Assembly: GCA_963693365.1 (NCBI GenBank)
Contig: CAVNZM010000003.1
Coordinates: 14,548,422-14,612,421, forward strand
Reading direction: 5' to 3'
From: Amoebidium appalachense
Taxonomy: Eukaryota > Protista > Ichthyosporea
DNA length: 64,000 nucleotides
The position numbers were made by a program, and so were the translations under genes. Positions 42,001 through 56,938 of this stretch are shown here, in pieces (position 1 is the first letter of the stretch; each line of letters starts with the position of its first letter). The notes under the pieces were generated by a model. The model saw only the letters and a list, made by a program, of their open reading frames with translations. It was not told the origin of the DNA and did no database searches.

Positions 42001-42489
42001 CGTGAACCCACAGAACTCGAGGGTCTGGTGTTGAAAGCAGTCACAGACTCCACCACCGACCACAGTCTACCCACGGCACTCAGACCTAAATGGGAAGGTC
42101 CGTATCGCGTCCTGCGGCGCGTTACCGACGCCCCCATGTCTTACGAAATTCAGCGGGTTGGGTCAACGGACACCGTTCGAGCACACGCACGTCACTTGAA
42201 GCCGTATTTTCCCCGTGACGACGTTGATATGACGCCAGCCGACTCTGGTCCGCAAGATTCACCCACCCCCACCTTCGAAGTGGCAAAAATTATTGCCCAC
42301 AAGTACGACTCGGCAACTGCCCAAGCCCTTTACAAAGTTCGTTGGAAAGGGTACACGGCTAAGAACGACACCTGGGAACCTCACTCCGGCCTGCAAGACA
42401 CAGCCGCAGGAGCACTCACAGACTACCTAGGTACTTTGGTGGCCGGCCCTGCCAGCCAGCCCGCACGAAAGAAGCGCCGACGTCGCTAA
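39058..42489 (+). CDS. Pol (RT, RNase H, integrase, chromodomain), in frame directly after the protease TGA
   Basis: LRVCIDFRMLN, YLDDIL, DSDAS, NADGLSR, HHCC (CHDAPTAGH..CKAC), SDNG / NGAVER, KWEGPY, chromodomain FEVAKII..YKVRWKGY..DTWEP, basic tail RKKRRRR. Confidence 0.96.
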   Translation, partial: RKRTHECTSDGEAATDDDLPFGVKPPEEYDMPGTPPDQRKPLAKRIRKLLKKWKHVFSAHDNDFGLSTLDELSIEVTTTIPQYRRPYNIPHHLRDSLHKQIQNWVEFGVIEPASSPYSAPMVLVAKKDGSLRVCIDFRMLNLITKKDGYPLPRIDMALGMLRGARVFSALDLNGGYHQVKVADNDKEKLAFTTPWGQYQFARAPFGVSNMPAVFSRMMNRVFAGMLWTHVLIYLDDILVMSPTIEEHFGHLDSCFSRLCDAGLKLKGRKCSLFMEEVGYLGHRVCPDGIKVDPEKVAAIKNKSYPQNLSELRSDLGLFSYYRIFVDDFSHTAEPLTRMLGTSKEDSELLKRIHAKMPPSTKPAKRNGSAKQRKDEAKNLHADSAAILATKKKAQKNAAWVWGTEQEKAYDTLKNALINAPVLAHPDFTKPFIVDSDASQYALGAVISQVGDDGKERPIAYASRTLSKSERNYAANKREALGVYWAVCKAFRAYTYGAPFLLRTDHSSLTRILSTGDAPEPVVAGWQMALSAYTYEIQHRAGKHHSNADGLSRPSKENAQPGPEDTELTYPSLIGTVSGSSTVFAVTRSAAATAQAQAATHPPPAEPTKPNTTPPEFIPPKADGRMPTYEQYVSAQKADKHIAKVRAYLEKAPGYELFGNEIAMEASRCTIDNDLVYVWVLEQRGPRKPSKEPRIWVPSTLVRLVLAACHDAPTAGHLDAARTFHRVTQIAWWPRVWQDSVQWVTTCKACQYRKTPRMQKKLRIHDGFIPTYPFQYVSMDITEMPTKSDLRVSLLVFLDLFTRWPEVILFHKTPTAEDVAKAFEDSIYCRHGRPEFLVSDNGANLAAMLVTDVCRVLATKRIFASPYSPQTNGAVERFNRTLKNILATLVQDKHHEWIDYLPQVLFSYRTAYHSSLGDTQFFMLYGRDPVEPPRPPIAASCGMETEEYRRELLQRVQYARQTVTRIMSEAARRSKITANKNAREPTELEGLVLKAVTDSTTDHSLPTALRPKWEGPYRVLRRVTDAPMSYEIQRVGSTDTVRAHARHLKPYFPRDDVDMTPADSGPQDSPTPTFEVAKIIAHKYDSATAQALYKVRWKGYTAKNDTWEPHSGLQDTAAGALTDYLGTLVAGPASQPARKKRRRR

Positions 42490-43963
42490 CTTCCCTCAGC
42501 CTGGTGGTTTACCGTCTCCAGACCATACCACCAGGCTCCCGAGAAGGGGGGAGTGTAAACATCTGTACACGCCGTACATGTTTACTATTACGAATATACT
42601 GTACATATCATAGTGATCACGTAGATATTGTGTACATATGATCAGATCAATATCACACGCGACAGCCGCGGGCTGCGGCTCACGACTGAGGGCGGCGCCG
42701 GCAATATGCAGTGGCCGTGCAGTCAGTATGAACCAATAGAATTCGAGAACCGCTAGGATAGGAATGCAAGTCTCATCCACTACGGAGGCGACATCTATAG
42801 CTAAACGAACGGAACCAATAAGGAAATCAGACCCAGTTGCATAAACCTAAACGGGCTTAAGTATTGACCAATCATTTGCCACAAAGTTATCCTTTTAGTT
42901 AGCTTCATGTTATTGGTGCACTGTGTGCACATAAAGACGACCGCACTCTTCTGACTGGTCAGAAGTCACGAAGGCATCAATGCCACCCATCCAGATGATC
43001 CGGAACCTGGGGGCTATATAAACAAGCCGTCCCAGTACGGGGGATCACTCTGAACGAGCACATTAAATAGTAACCTGGCCGCGTGTGCCTTACTACCCGT
43101 TCTCTGTCTTTATTCTGATTCAGTTGTTCTCTGCCTTATCCCAACTAGTTCAACTGTTTACAAGATAGCGAGAGGAAGGATCAGGTTGAAAGACGGTAGG
43201 CTGAGGACATTCAGAAGTGGCGTTGGTGAATCGGGGGAAAAGAGGGATGGAGGGAGGGGGGGAAAAGAAAGCATAAAAAGGGTGACCATCAGGTATCCTA
43301 ACTAAATGAAAACAAAAACGAAGAGACAATTCCTCCATTCAACAAACAGCAGATGACAATCCAAACATGCTAATTAAGGGAGGCACAAAGTTTAACCGAG
43401 TACGAAACAAAGTGCGCAGCGCAGTACCCTGAAAATCGTCGATATCTTTCAGCGCCACGGCCGCCTCGCGAGGTGGGGCGCAGGCCAATAGCGGAAGTCC
43501 ATATTCAAAAGTCGGCCGTAAAAAAGTTTTATAGTAGAGAAGAAGGTTCGCAGGATGGATCACAGACTCCCATTGAAACATATTTGACACGATGTGAAGC
43601 TTACCCTTCGCACGAGCGATCCGTGCCGTGAGGAGCTTGCGGAAATCAATACCCCGTGCAGTAAAAGGAATACCCAAATAGTCATAGGTGCTCTGAACAG
43701 GAATAGGAAGACCGGCCAATCGAAAGGAAGCGTTTTTCGAAAAAGTAGCACACTTTGCAATTCCGACTGTCATGAGATTCTCAGTGCACCATTGATCCAC
43801 CTGACGAACATCAGCAAAGATCACCCCCCATCCGAAACCGGTCCAGTACGACTTTATGACGTCCTATCGTCGTTAAGATATCCAAAAGATAGGTTAGGAC
43901 GGGTTTAGGATAACCCGGAATTTCAGGATGGCAAGGCGTCTGAAACACATCCCATTTATACTA

Positions 43964-45994
43964 TCTATGAAAACTACTCCGGGACGTGTGTTGCCTCTAG
44001 GGGGACATCCCCTTGGACGAAAGTGAACCTGCAATGGTTGTAAACCACGGCAAGCCCCCAGTCATCAATTTATTGATCCGTGAGGTCCTTGTGCCCAAAA
44101 AACGGGGGAAGTCTTCGCCCCGTGAAAAAACAGCACGTATGTGGGGATCAATGGGGGTTGAGTGTAGGGTGGAGGTGGGTGGGTGAAAAAGAAAATATAG
44201 CTGTAAAGCTGTAGGTGCTAAACACAGAGGATGTGTTGTTGCTTGATGATCTGCTAAAAACTGTCGTGCTTATATACCTAAGGCTGCCGAACTGAGCCAA
44301 TCAAAACCGATCTAGTGTTATGTGAAATCTTATCCTGAGCCAATCAAACTCGGTCTAGTGATCTGTGGAATCTGATGTTTTGATCGGCTAATAGGTGCCC
44401 GTATGCGGGCAGCCGAACGCGAACTGCTAAAACATGAAACGAAGCCTGTTGATATCGGACACCCATCCTACGTGTTTACCCAGAAAAATATTTATGTCAA
44501 TAATTTCCACAAATAAAACCTCTATGAAAACTACTCCGGGACGTGTGTTGCCTCTAGGGGGACATCCCCTTGGACGAAAGTGAACCTGCAATGGTTGTAA
44601 ACCACGGCACGAGAGCAGTATGCTTGCTCCAAAGGTTTCACTTAAGAATAGAGGCGAATACACGTGTGGTAGTGGCAGCAATGGAGGCCGGACGAAGTCG
44701 GGTATAGATCAGGAAACAGTCGGAGGACCACCTGCCGAGTTGTTTGATTCGGGAGTCGTCGACCCCGGCCTCAGCCAGTGCTGTGGCCCCCCCGATGCGG
44801 AGGCTGTGTCCGGCAAACCGGGAGGGTGAGAGGCCTGCCCGGGAGAGGAGGGCACGGAAGTCGGCAGAGAAAGCACTCTTGGTGTAGGGGATGCCACCGA
44901 GACTGAAGAGGGGGTCGTTGGGTTGACCGGACGTTGTATCCAGGAACTGCCGGAGGAGATGGGCTGGGGAGAAGTGGGTGAGGGGCAGGGCAGCTAGAGT
45001 GACGTTGACACCTCGGGCCTGTACATCCGTCTTAGAGGTTGGCAGGTGGAGGGTGGCATGGGACAAAGTACCGGTGGGGGTGTAGGTGAAGGTCACGTCT
45101 TTCCGTTTAACGTGACGGGACGGGTCAAAGGAAGTCAGGGTTTTGGAGGTAAATTCCCCCGAACGGAGGAGACCACAGAAACCGACGATGAGGGCCGTCC
45201 ATAGCCGTAGATTAGCCGAGGAGGCCTTGGTGGGGCACTGGCCATGGAGTAGGCTAAGGTGGGAGGGCAGGAGGGGCTCCCTGGTGGATGATCGGGGTCG
45301 GATGTTGTGAGAAAGCTGCCATCTGCCCACCCCTCGGAAGAACCAGGCCAGAGACTTGTCGTGGGGGTAGGGAGCAGGGAGGCCCATGTCGAGGTGGAGT
45401 CTGGTGATGGCTGAATTGTAGCCGGCCAAGGAAGAGGCCTGTACCCCTCGTTGGGCACACCAGGCGAGAAAAAGCTGCACGGTGTGGGGGGGAGGCCGGG
45501 AGGGAGGGCCCGGCGGAGGATTGCAGCCGAGATGCCACACAAAAATCGATGAACACTTTTTGTACCCTGGAGTAAAAGGCCCGAGAGTCGAGGTTGAGAC
45601 TCAGGGCCTGGCATTCCTGCAGGGTAGTGGTGGCACGAAGCAGCTCGGCCGGAGCAAAGTGGGGGGCCAATCGGCCAGCGTTGCTCCGGAAGGGGAGATC
45701 TGGGGGGGGGGGGGGGGGGGGGGGGTGAGCCCAGGGGAAGGGATAGGAACTTGTGGACCCAGAAGGGGAAGGGGCAGGGCTCCGGTTGCAGGTAAGGTCG
45801 GAGTCGTCGGGTCCGGGGAAGTTGGTTACGGAGGAGCTGCGCGGCGAATGATTGGGCTGGGTAGGGGGGCCAGCAGCTCCCGGAGGCGGGAGGTGTCAAC
45901 GTGGTGCTGGGGCAGCGGGCGGGCCACCGGGGCTGAGCCTCGGGGGAAGGGGGTGGTTAGCAAGGGTGGGGCACCCTCGGGGAGATCCCGGCAT

Positions 45995-46032
<38 letters not shown>

Positions 46033-47342
46033 CAGGGCCCCGGGGGGTTAGAGTAGGGCAGCTGGGCCCGAGGGAGGGTTTGCAGGGAGGGCAGCGGGGC
46101 CCTGTGCAGGGGATGCCCGAGCACGCGCGGGTGTGGGCGTACACAGAGTTAGAAGAAGGGAGGGAGCGCTAGGTGAGTGTAAGGGGGGGAGGCTCGTGGG
46201 ATGGGGGGGGAGTAAATTTATGTGCAGTGGCCAGAATAACGTCTTTGTGTAGGGACATTTATTCTTGGCGCGCGCGGGCGCCGTAGTTGGCCTGCGAAAA
46301 ATGTTACTCAGCCCTAGTGCCCCGTTTTTTCCCGAGCTCCGTGTCCTTGGAGCCGTGTAACCTAGCTCCTAGCCCCTATGTTCTATCTGTGGGTGTGGGT
46401 GTGCGCGTAGACTAGGCATTGTGCTTGCAGTCTTTGCGGGGGTGTGTGCCAGAGCAGAGCGGGCACACGTGGGAGAAGGGGCAGGGCTGCTTAGCGCAGG
46501 ACCGACCGTTGTGGAAATTCCTGCAGTGTGTTGCGGGTAGATCCACGGGTCGAGCCGGTGGTGCCGGGCCGGGTTGCGGGCCGGGTCGGTTGGGGGTTTG
46601 TCCCCCGCCGGGCTTGTGGGGGGGCTCGAAACCATCAAGACCACAGCCGGGCTTGGGGTACATGGGGCAGGCCGCGCTGGGGTGGTCGGGGAAGCCGCAA
46701 CGCTGACATGCGTCCGGGATGAGCAGAGTGGGTGGCAGGAGGAGATCCTGGTGGAGTTGGGCGAGCAGGTTGGGACACTCGATCGGAGCCCGACCCTGTT
46801 GGTGGGCAACGGTTCGGGCGTATACGTCATAGTTGTGGATCTGGGCCCACGGGTATCGGGTGCTGAGGCGAGTGATGCGTTGGTCAGCCTGTGGCGGAGG
46901 TCGCTGCGGGTCAGGCGCTTAGGTGCCGCGGTAGGGGCGGCGGCTGAGGCCTGGCGCTTTTTCGGCGGCATGCTGACCGGCGTAGGGAAAGATAGGGAGA
47001 AGAAATGAAAAAGAAAATATAGCTGTAAAGCTGTAGGTGCTAAACACAGAGGATGTGTTGTTGCTTGCTGATCTGCTAAAAACTGTCGTGCTTATATACC
47101 TAAGGCTGCCGAACTGAGCCAATCAAAACCGATCTAGTGTTATGTGAAATCTTATCCTGAGCCAATCAAACTCGGTCTAGTGATCTGTGGAATCTGATGT
47201 TTTGATCGGCTAATAGGTGCCCGTATGCGGGCAGCCGAACGCGAACTGCTAAAACATGAAACGAAGCCTGTTGATATCGGACACCCATCCTACGTGTTTA
47301 CCCAGAAAAATATTTATGTCAATAATTTCCACAAATAAAACC
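43964..47342 (-). mobile_element. Ngaro-type YR retrotransposon, non-autonomous deletion derivative (copy 2)
   Basis: A1 47006-47342, B1 44521-44609, A2 44184-44520, B2 43964-44052; same two deletion junctions as copy 1. Confidence 0.93.
44638..45700 (-). CDS. Tyrosine recombinase of derivative copy 2; one apparent frameshift in a G run near 45490
   Basis: All catalytic motifs open (LLRSGE, SKTD, HSLR, GRW, LIY); N-terminal part lies in the adjacent frame across a homopolymer. Confidence 0.8.
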
Positions 47343-49830
47343 AATACGTCTGGCACGGATTCAAGACATTGGACATCTGCAAGACGTAGTAAAGTCGTCT
47401 GACAAGATGTCATACAGACACCTGGAAGTGCACTTATACCCATCAGCACAAGTCCGGATGTCCTTAACCCCCCATTAAATTGTCCGATGGGTTGCGGATG
47501 CATGCGGGATATATGAAAGACGTCTTTCGGGTTTTCATGTCTTTTACTTCTTAATGATATCTTGGACGGATTGAGGACATATTTTTATCATCCCGGAACA
47601 TGGGGTAGTTGACAGATGTCCTAAAGACGTCTGCACTCACTCTACAGGATGTCTATGAGAGATACCGATACATATTATATAGATGTGTGTAAGATGCATT
47701 ATACACGCAAGTAAGTTGACATAAGGCGCTCGTGGGATGGGCGTAGAGATATGTTAAAGATATACTGCGGAGATCTTAGTACAATCTTTATCCTCTCTTA
47801 ATCCCGTATGTACCATGCAACATGTGCGAAACGAACTGATTGCGTTAGGATGTCGTCAGGATATATCACAGCTAGGCAATGGATCATCTAAGGAGATCTT
47901 TGGAGAGTTCTTTTGTAGCGCTATTGGCCATCCAAATTATATCTTCAAGACAGGCCATGTCTGTGCATGTGATATGCTAACGCAATTTTAGGCAAGTATT
48001 GGTGATACCTTTCTGCGATCTTCACGCCCTATTTGGGGTAGCTTAAAGATGTTCAGAGTTGCAATTATAGGTATTGTGTTAGGATTACTTTAGGACCTCT
48101 TTAAGGGTTTAATGGGATCGATTTAGATGATCTTTAAGTGTTCCCTGGGATAGAAAAGCAAAGCACGTATCGCTATCCTCCATCAGCAATCTTGCACGAA
48201 CATCCAAAACACATCCAACCCATCTAGGATATGCAACTGTATATTAATGGATACCTGTTGGATATACAAACGATATGTAGGATGGTTTCGGTCGAACATA
48301 TCAATACCATCCACTGGATATATACATGTCAATTTCATCCTGACCTCCAACCGATGTCCAATATATATGTAGTTGCATGCTTAGATAGTGATCAAGATAT
48401 TGCACCCCTATTAGATATCACATATGGATATCCATGCTGTACCTCCATTGAGCATCGTTGTGATATCACATATCTGGATATGCAATCAATGCTTATATGG
48501 ATACATAATTGCACCTATAATGGCCATTAAATACACATTAGATGCATATGAATGCAGACATCAAACGCCATCTGGTTGGTTCGGCATGTATTGGATATTA
48601 GACAGATGCCCACAATGGATATCGACGCTGGATATCCAATGATGGAATTTCAACTGCATTCCTCCGTTGGATAGCTATATGTATATAAAACATTCTGGAC
48701 ATCCATTTGGATGATTAGCTGTATATTAGACTGGATCGGTAACAACATATCCAATATATGACTGACAAGGATATCTGATCAAAATCCCCATACAGATATC
48801 ATGATATCCCTGTAGCAAGACATGCAATACACCTAACAAGTATATCCAATGGCGGTCTATAGTGGATGTCCATATTGGATATCCATTACGATATCCAGAT
48901 GGATCGCTATTACATGTGCACTTGACCCCAACGCTAATGAACAATGCATGCCCATATTGGATACGTACAATGGATATCCATTCCGATATCCAGATACATA
49001 CGCATTTGCTTGTCCACTAGACCCTCCTATAATAACCAAAGCATGACGATTCCACATATCCAATTAGATCACCAAATATGTCTCTGACGGTTATCCATAT
49101 ACACCCTCACGCTGATGTCCAATAGACAATCATACTAAGACACAATGGATAGCTATACTGGTTATCTAGGCTCAACATCCATACAGATATCTTGATACAC
49201 CTGCATTTGCCCATCCACTAGACCCTAATACTAATATCCAATGCATGACGAAAATACATATCACATAGACACCCATACCGATCTCCAACGGCTATCCATA
49301 TGCACCCCTGCTTACCCATCCAATATATGTCGATATACATATACAATGCATCACCATTCAAAATATCTAAGCTTAATATCCAACATGATATGCGGATACA
49401 TATACACCTACATATGCACTAGGCACCTATGTTGATACCTAATGCATGAAAAACAAACATATCAAAGTAGATACCCAACCTAATGCCTAACACTTTTGGG
49501 ATATCCATTTACACCCGTATCTAATACTCAAATTTCACTATAACAGCTATCTGGGTTGATACCCATACAGATAGCCAGATACATCTGTAGCTACATGTCT
49601 AGGGTATATCCACTGGATTAATTGCATAATTTTGGTACTGTATATCTGCAGCATATCTATTAGGGTGTATTTGATATGTAATAAGGCATTTCCGGATAAA
49701 CATTATACATCTTTACCGATCCATCGCATAACCATATGATGGCTAATGACCACCATTGATAAATAATTTATGTCTGGTCTTATATCTATCACATAAGTAA
49801 TATTTATCCACGGCACAAAGTTACACAACC
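47343..49830. repeat. Non-coding region rich in dispersed GACGTC/GATGTC then GGATAT/ATATCC motifs; possible subterminal region of a large DNA transposon
   Basis: Motif density visible by eye; similar ~30-bp GGATATCTGG.CATGTGGA repeats at 23870-24000 and 33565-33590. Termini not established. Confidence 0.4.
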
Positions 49831-49919
49831 ACGTTATACTCGGTTCCACAAATCAAGGGGAAGAAATAGATTTACACATGAGGCACACATACACACACAC
49901 ACCCACACACACACACCCA

Positions 49920-49957
<38 letters not shown>

Positions 49958-49985
49958 GTCACCCACAAACACACACACACATGAG

Positions 49986-50062
<77 letters not shown>

Positions 50063-50426
50063 GGGGGGGGGGGGGGGTAACATTAAAAAAAAATTACCTT
50101 GCATGATAACGTCGTCCTCGGTGTCCCTGAGGTAGTCTTCTTCTCCATCATCAGTCTGAGGGAATGGGATCCCTACATCCTCCCCCTCCACCGCCTCCAA
50201 CAGCTCCTCCAAAGAAACATCGGGGGCCTCGTCTTCCACAATTAAATTGGCCCCCCTCTCCTCCTCCAGACCCATGACGATGGTCCTACGCAAATCCAGG
50301 GCATCCCAACGCCGTACCTTGGTTGCTACCTGAGAAAGCAGAAAGCAACAGAACGTGTGCGAGAATGTGGGACCTATACACACAGTACATACACACAACG
50401 CCTGAGGGGACTAAAAAGGATTCATA

Positions 50427-50427
<1 letters not shown>

Positions 50428-50465
<38 letters not shown>

Positions 50466-50533
50466 AGCACTGTGTCACACACACACACACACACACTGGC
50501 ACACACACACACACACACACACACAACCACGAG

Positions 50534-50593
<60 letters not shown>

Positions 50594-50594
50594 C

Positions 50595-50627
<33 letters not shown>

Positions 50628-50686
50628 ACAACACGAGGCACACACACTCCACACACACACACACACAAACACGAGGCACACACACA

Positions 50687-50736
<50 letters not shown>

Positions 50737-51019
50737 ACACACACACACACACACACACACACAACCACGAGGCACACACACACACACACACACACACATA
50801 CAAGCACCGTGACGAGGCACACACACACACACACACACAAGCACGAGGCACACACACACAAGCACCGTGACGAGGCACACACACACACACACACACAAGC
50901 ACGAGGCACACACACACAAGCACCGTGACGAGGCACACACACACACACACACACAAGCACGAGGCACACACACACAAGCACCGTGACGAGGCGCACACAC
51001 ACACATACACAAGCACGAG

Positions 51020-51088
<69 letters not shown>

Positions 51089-51117
51089 CGAGGCACACAC
51101 ACACATACACACATTCT

Positions 51118-51171
<54 letters not shown>

Positions 51172-51207
51172 AACACGAGGCACACACACACATACACACA
51201 TTCTGGG

Positions 51208-51251
<44 letters not shown>

Positions 51252-51413
51252 CACAGACACACACACACACACACACACATACACACACACACACATACAC
51301 ACACAAGCACCATGACGAGGCACACACACACACACACACACAAGCACGAGGCACACACACACAAGCACCGTGACGAGGCACACACACACACACACACAAG
51401 CACGAGGCACACA

Positions 51414-51456
<43 letters not shown>

Positions 51457-51700
51457 CGAGGCACACACACACACACACCCACACACACACACACACACAC
51501 ACAGACACAGACACACACACAGACACAGACACACACACACACACCCACACACATACACACACACACACACATACACACACACACACATACACACACAAGC
51601 ACCGTGACGAGGCACACACACACACACACACACACAAGCACGAGGCACACACACACAAGCACCGTGACGAGGCACACACACACACACACACAAGCACGAG

Positions 51701-51742
<42 letters not shown>

Positions 51743-52023
51743 GCACACACACACACACACACACACAACCACGAGGCACACACACACACACACACACACA
51801 CACAACCACCGTGACGAGGCACACACACACACACACACACAAGCACGAGGCACACACACACAACCACCGTGACGAGGCACACACACACACACACACACAA
51901 GCACGAGGCACACACACACAAGCACCGTGACGAGGCACACACACACACACACACACACAAGCACGAGGCACACACACACAAGCACCGTGACGAGGCGCAC
52001 ACACACACACACACAAGCACGAG

Positions 52024-52097
<74 letters not shown>

Positions 52098-52179
52098 ACA
52101 TTCTGGGACACACACACACACACACACGCACACACACACAAACACAAACACGAGGCACACACACACATACACACATTCT

Positions 52180-52225
<46 letters not shown>

Positions 52226-52397
52226 CACAGACACACACACACATACACACACACACACACATACACACACACACACATACACACACAAGCACCGTGACGA
52301 GGCACACACACACACACACACACACAAGCACGAGGCACACACACACAAGCACCGTGACGAGGCACACACACACACACACACAAGCACGAGGCACACA

Positions 52398-52446
<49 letters not shown>

Positions 52447-52700
52447 CGAGGCACACACACACACACACAAACACGAGGCACACACACACACACACCACAC
52501 ACACACACACACACACAGACACAGACACACACACACACACACACACAGACACACACACACACATACACACACACACACATACACACACAAGCACCGTGAC
52601 GAGGCACACACACACACACACAAGCACGAGGCACACACACACACACACACACACACACGCGCGCGCGCGCCCACACACACACAAACACAAACACACACAC
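50428..52700. repeat. Compound (CA)n satellite with recurrent interruptions
   Basis: (CA)n blocks punctuated by AAGCACCGTGACGAGG, AAGCACGAGG and TTCTGGG in repeated order. Confidence 0.93.
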
Positions 52701-52824
52701 ATACCTGCAACATGAACGTACGGTTCTTGTTTGTCCTGCAATGGTCCCCGGCATGGAATTTGCTTGACTTGAGGTCGTTCTCAGATGAACCATGAAAGCA
52801 GTTGTACGCAGACTTGGCCATACT

Positions 52825-52866
<42 letters not shown>

Positions 52867-53117
52867 TGGTGTCAACCGTGGCACTGGATATCCATTTGAG
52901 CATACTCTATACGGGTAATTGTTCCCAAAACCATATGCATTGTAGCTTTAATTGTACATTAGGATGATTGATCTCCTTTGTATATCCTGTTGGTTATGTA
53001 GTGTATGTACGTTGGACATGTAAGGATATTTATATAGATATAACACGTGATCACCATTGGCCATCGAATCTATGTCCATTTGATTCTGTGTTCCTGCAGC
53101 TGGCAATGTGTGTGCCT

Positions 53118-55635
<2,518 letters not shown>

Positions 55636-55681
55636 GATACAATCGATGGATCTTAGTGTGTGTGTGTGTGTGTGTGTGCCT

Positions 55682-55760
<79 letters not shown>

Positions 55761-55765
55761 CTCTC

Positions 55766-55856
<91 letters not shown>

Positions 55857-55872
55857 GAATGTTTGTGTGTGT

Positions 55873-55911
<39 letters not shown>

Positions 55912-55927
55912 CTTCGTGTGTGTGCCT

Positions 55928-55964
<37 letters not shown>

Positions 55965-55978
55965 GTGTGTGTGCCTCG

Positions 55979-56009
<31 letters not shown>

Positions 56010-56724
56010 CCCAGAATGTTTGTGTGTTTGTGTGTGTGTGTTTGTTGGTGGGGGGGGGGAGGGGGGGAGGGTGGGGGGGGGAGGGGGGGGGGAGGAAAAG
56101 GGGAAGGGTGAGGGGGGGGGGACCACCTTCATAATATCTCTGTACTCGTTCGCACGAAGAAACGTGAGGTCGGAAACGGTGCTGCTGAAGTGACGAAAGC
56201 TGCTATAACGTGGCATGTTGCTGAATCGACAGTCAAACTCCCGTATGACGTCCTTTGCAGCGGTGTCTGCTGCTAGGCCCACCGTTCATGTCCTCGCATA
56301 CCTTCTTCACGTACAGTTTATATTCAATTAGGAGCTGCTTAAATACACCACTGTCTACCTGGTGCATACGTTCGATTGGGACACCCCATATCCACAGAAA
56401 GCCTGGGAACCCCGGGCACGCATTCTCCCAGAAGTCCTGCATGGAAGCCATCTTGAGTAACTGTGTAGCTGCTGCTTTGTCCCCGGGAACACCGCTAGCC
56501 CTCAAGCCGAGGACTGCATCACGCAGCGCCTTCTCCGCTTGCTCGTGGTGCAGAGCAGCGGGCTCCCAAACCGTGGACAGGTTAGTGCACGACACTCTGC
56601 ATTTGTTGCACGGACACGCAGTTGTAACCGCGCCCCTGCGCGTAGAAGTTGTATCCGGTGTCTACCTTGTACATGTGCAAACGCACGTGCTCGTTGGGGG
56701 TCGGACACACACGTACCTGGTCAG

Positions 56725-56797
<73 letters not shown>

Positions 56798-56802
56798 ACA
56801 CG

Positions 56803-56848
<46 letters not shown>

Positions 56849-56859
56849 CACACACACAT

Positions 56860-56906
<47 letters not shown>

Positions 56907-56938
56907 GGGGGGGGAGGGGGGGGGAAAGAAAGAGGGGA

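Larger units (their letters stand above)
34925..43162 (+). mobile_element. Full-length chromodomain-bearing Ty3/gypsy retrotransposon (chromovirus-like)
   Basis: LTRs 34925-35534 and 42554-43162, differing at one small site that I could see; TSD AGATA; PBS TGGCGACCGCGCAG (tRNA-Arg-like); purine PPT 42541-42553; domain order PR-RT-RH-IN-CHD. Confidence 0.98.
33600..43824 (-). pseudogene. 5'-truncated decayed non-LTR retrotransposon (LINE) in three pieces: 43824-43168, 34919-34814, 34099-~33600
   Basis: RT C-terminal motifs QW..ENLM.VG.AKC, YDYLGIPF, YYKTFLRPTFEYGL; C-terminal QWR...CRFC...HVDRC zinc-finger-like motif at 33669-33992. Pieces join once the gypsy element and solo LTR are removed; several stops and frameshifts remain. 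Confidence 0.7.
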
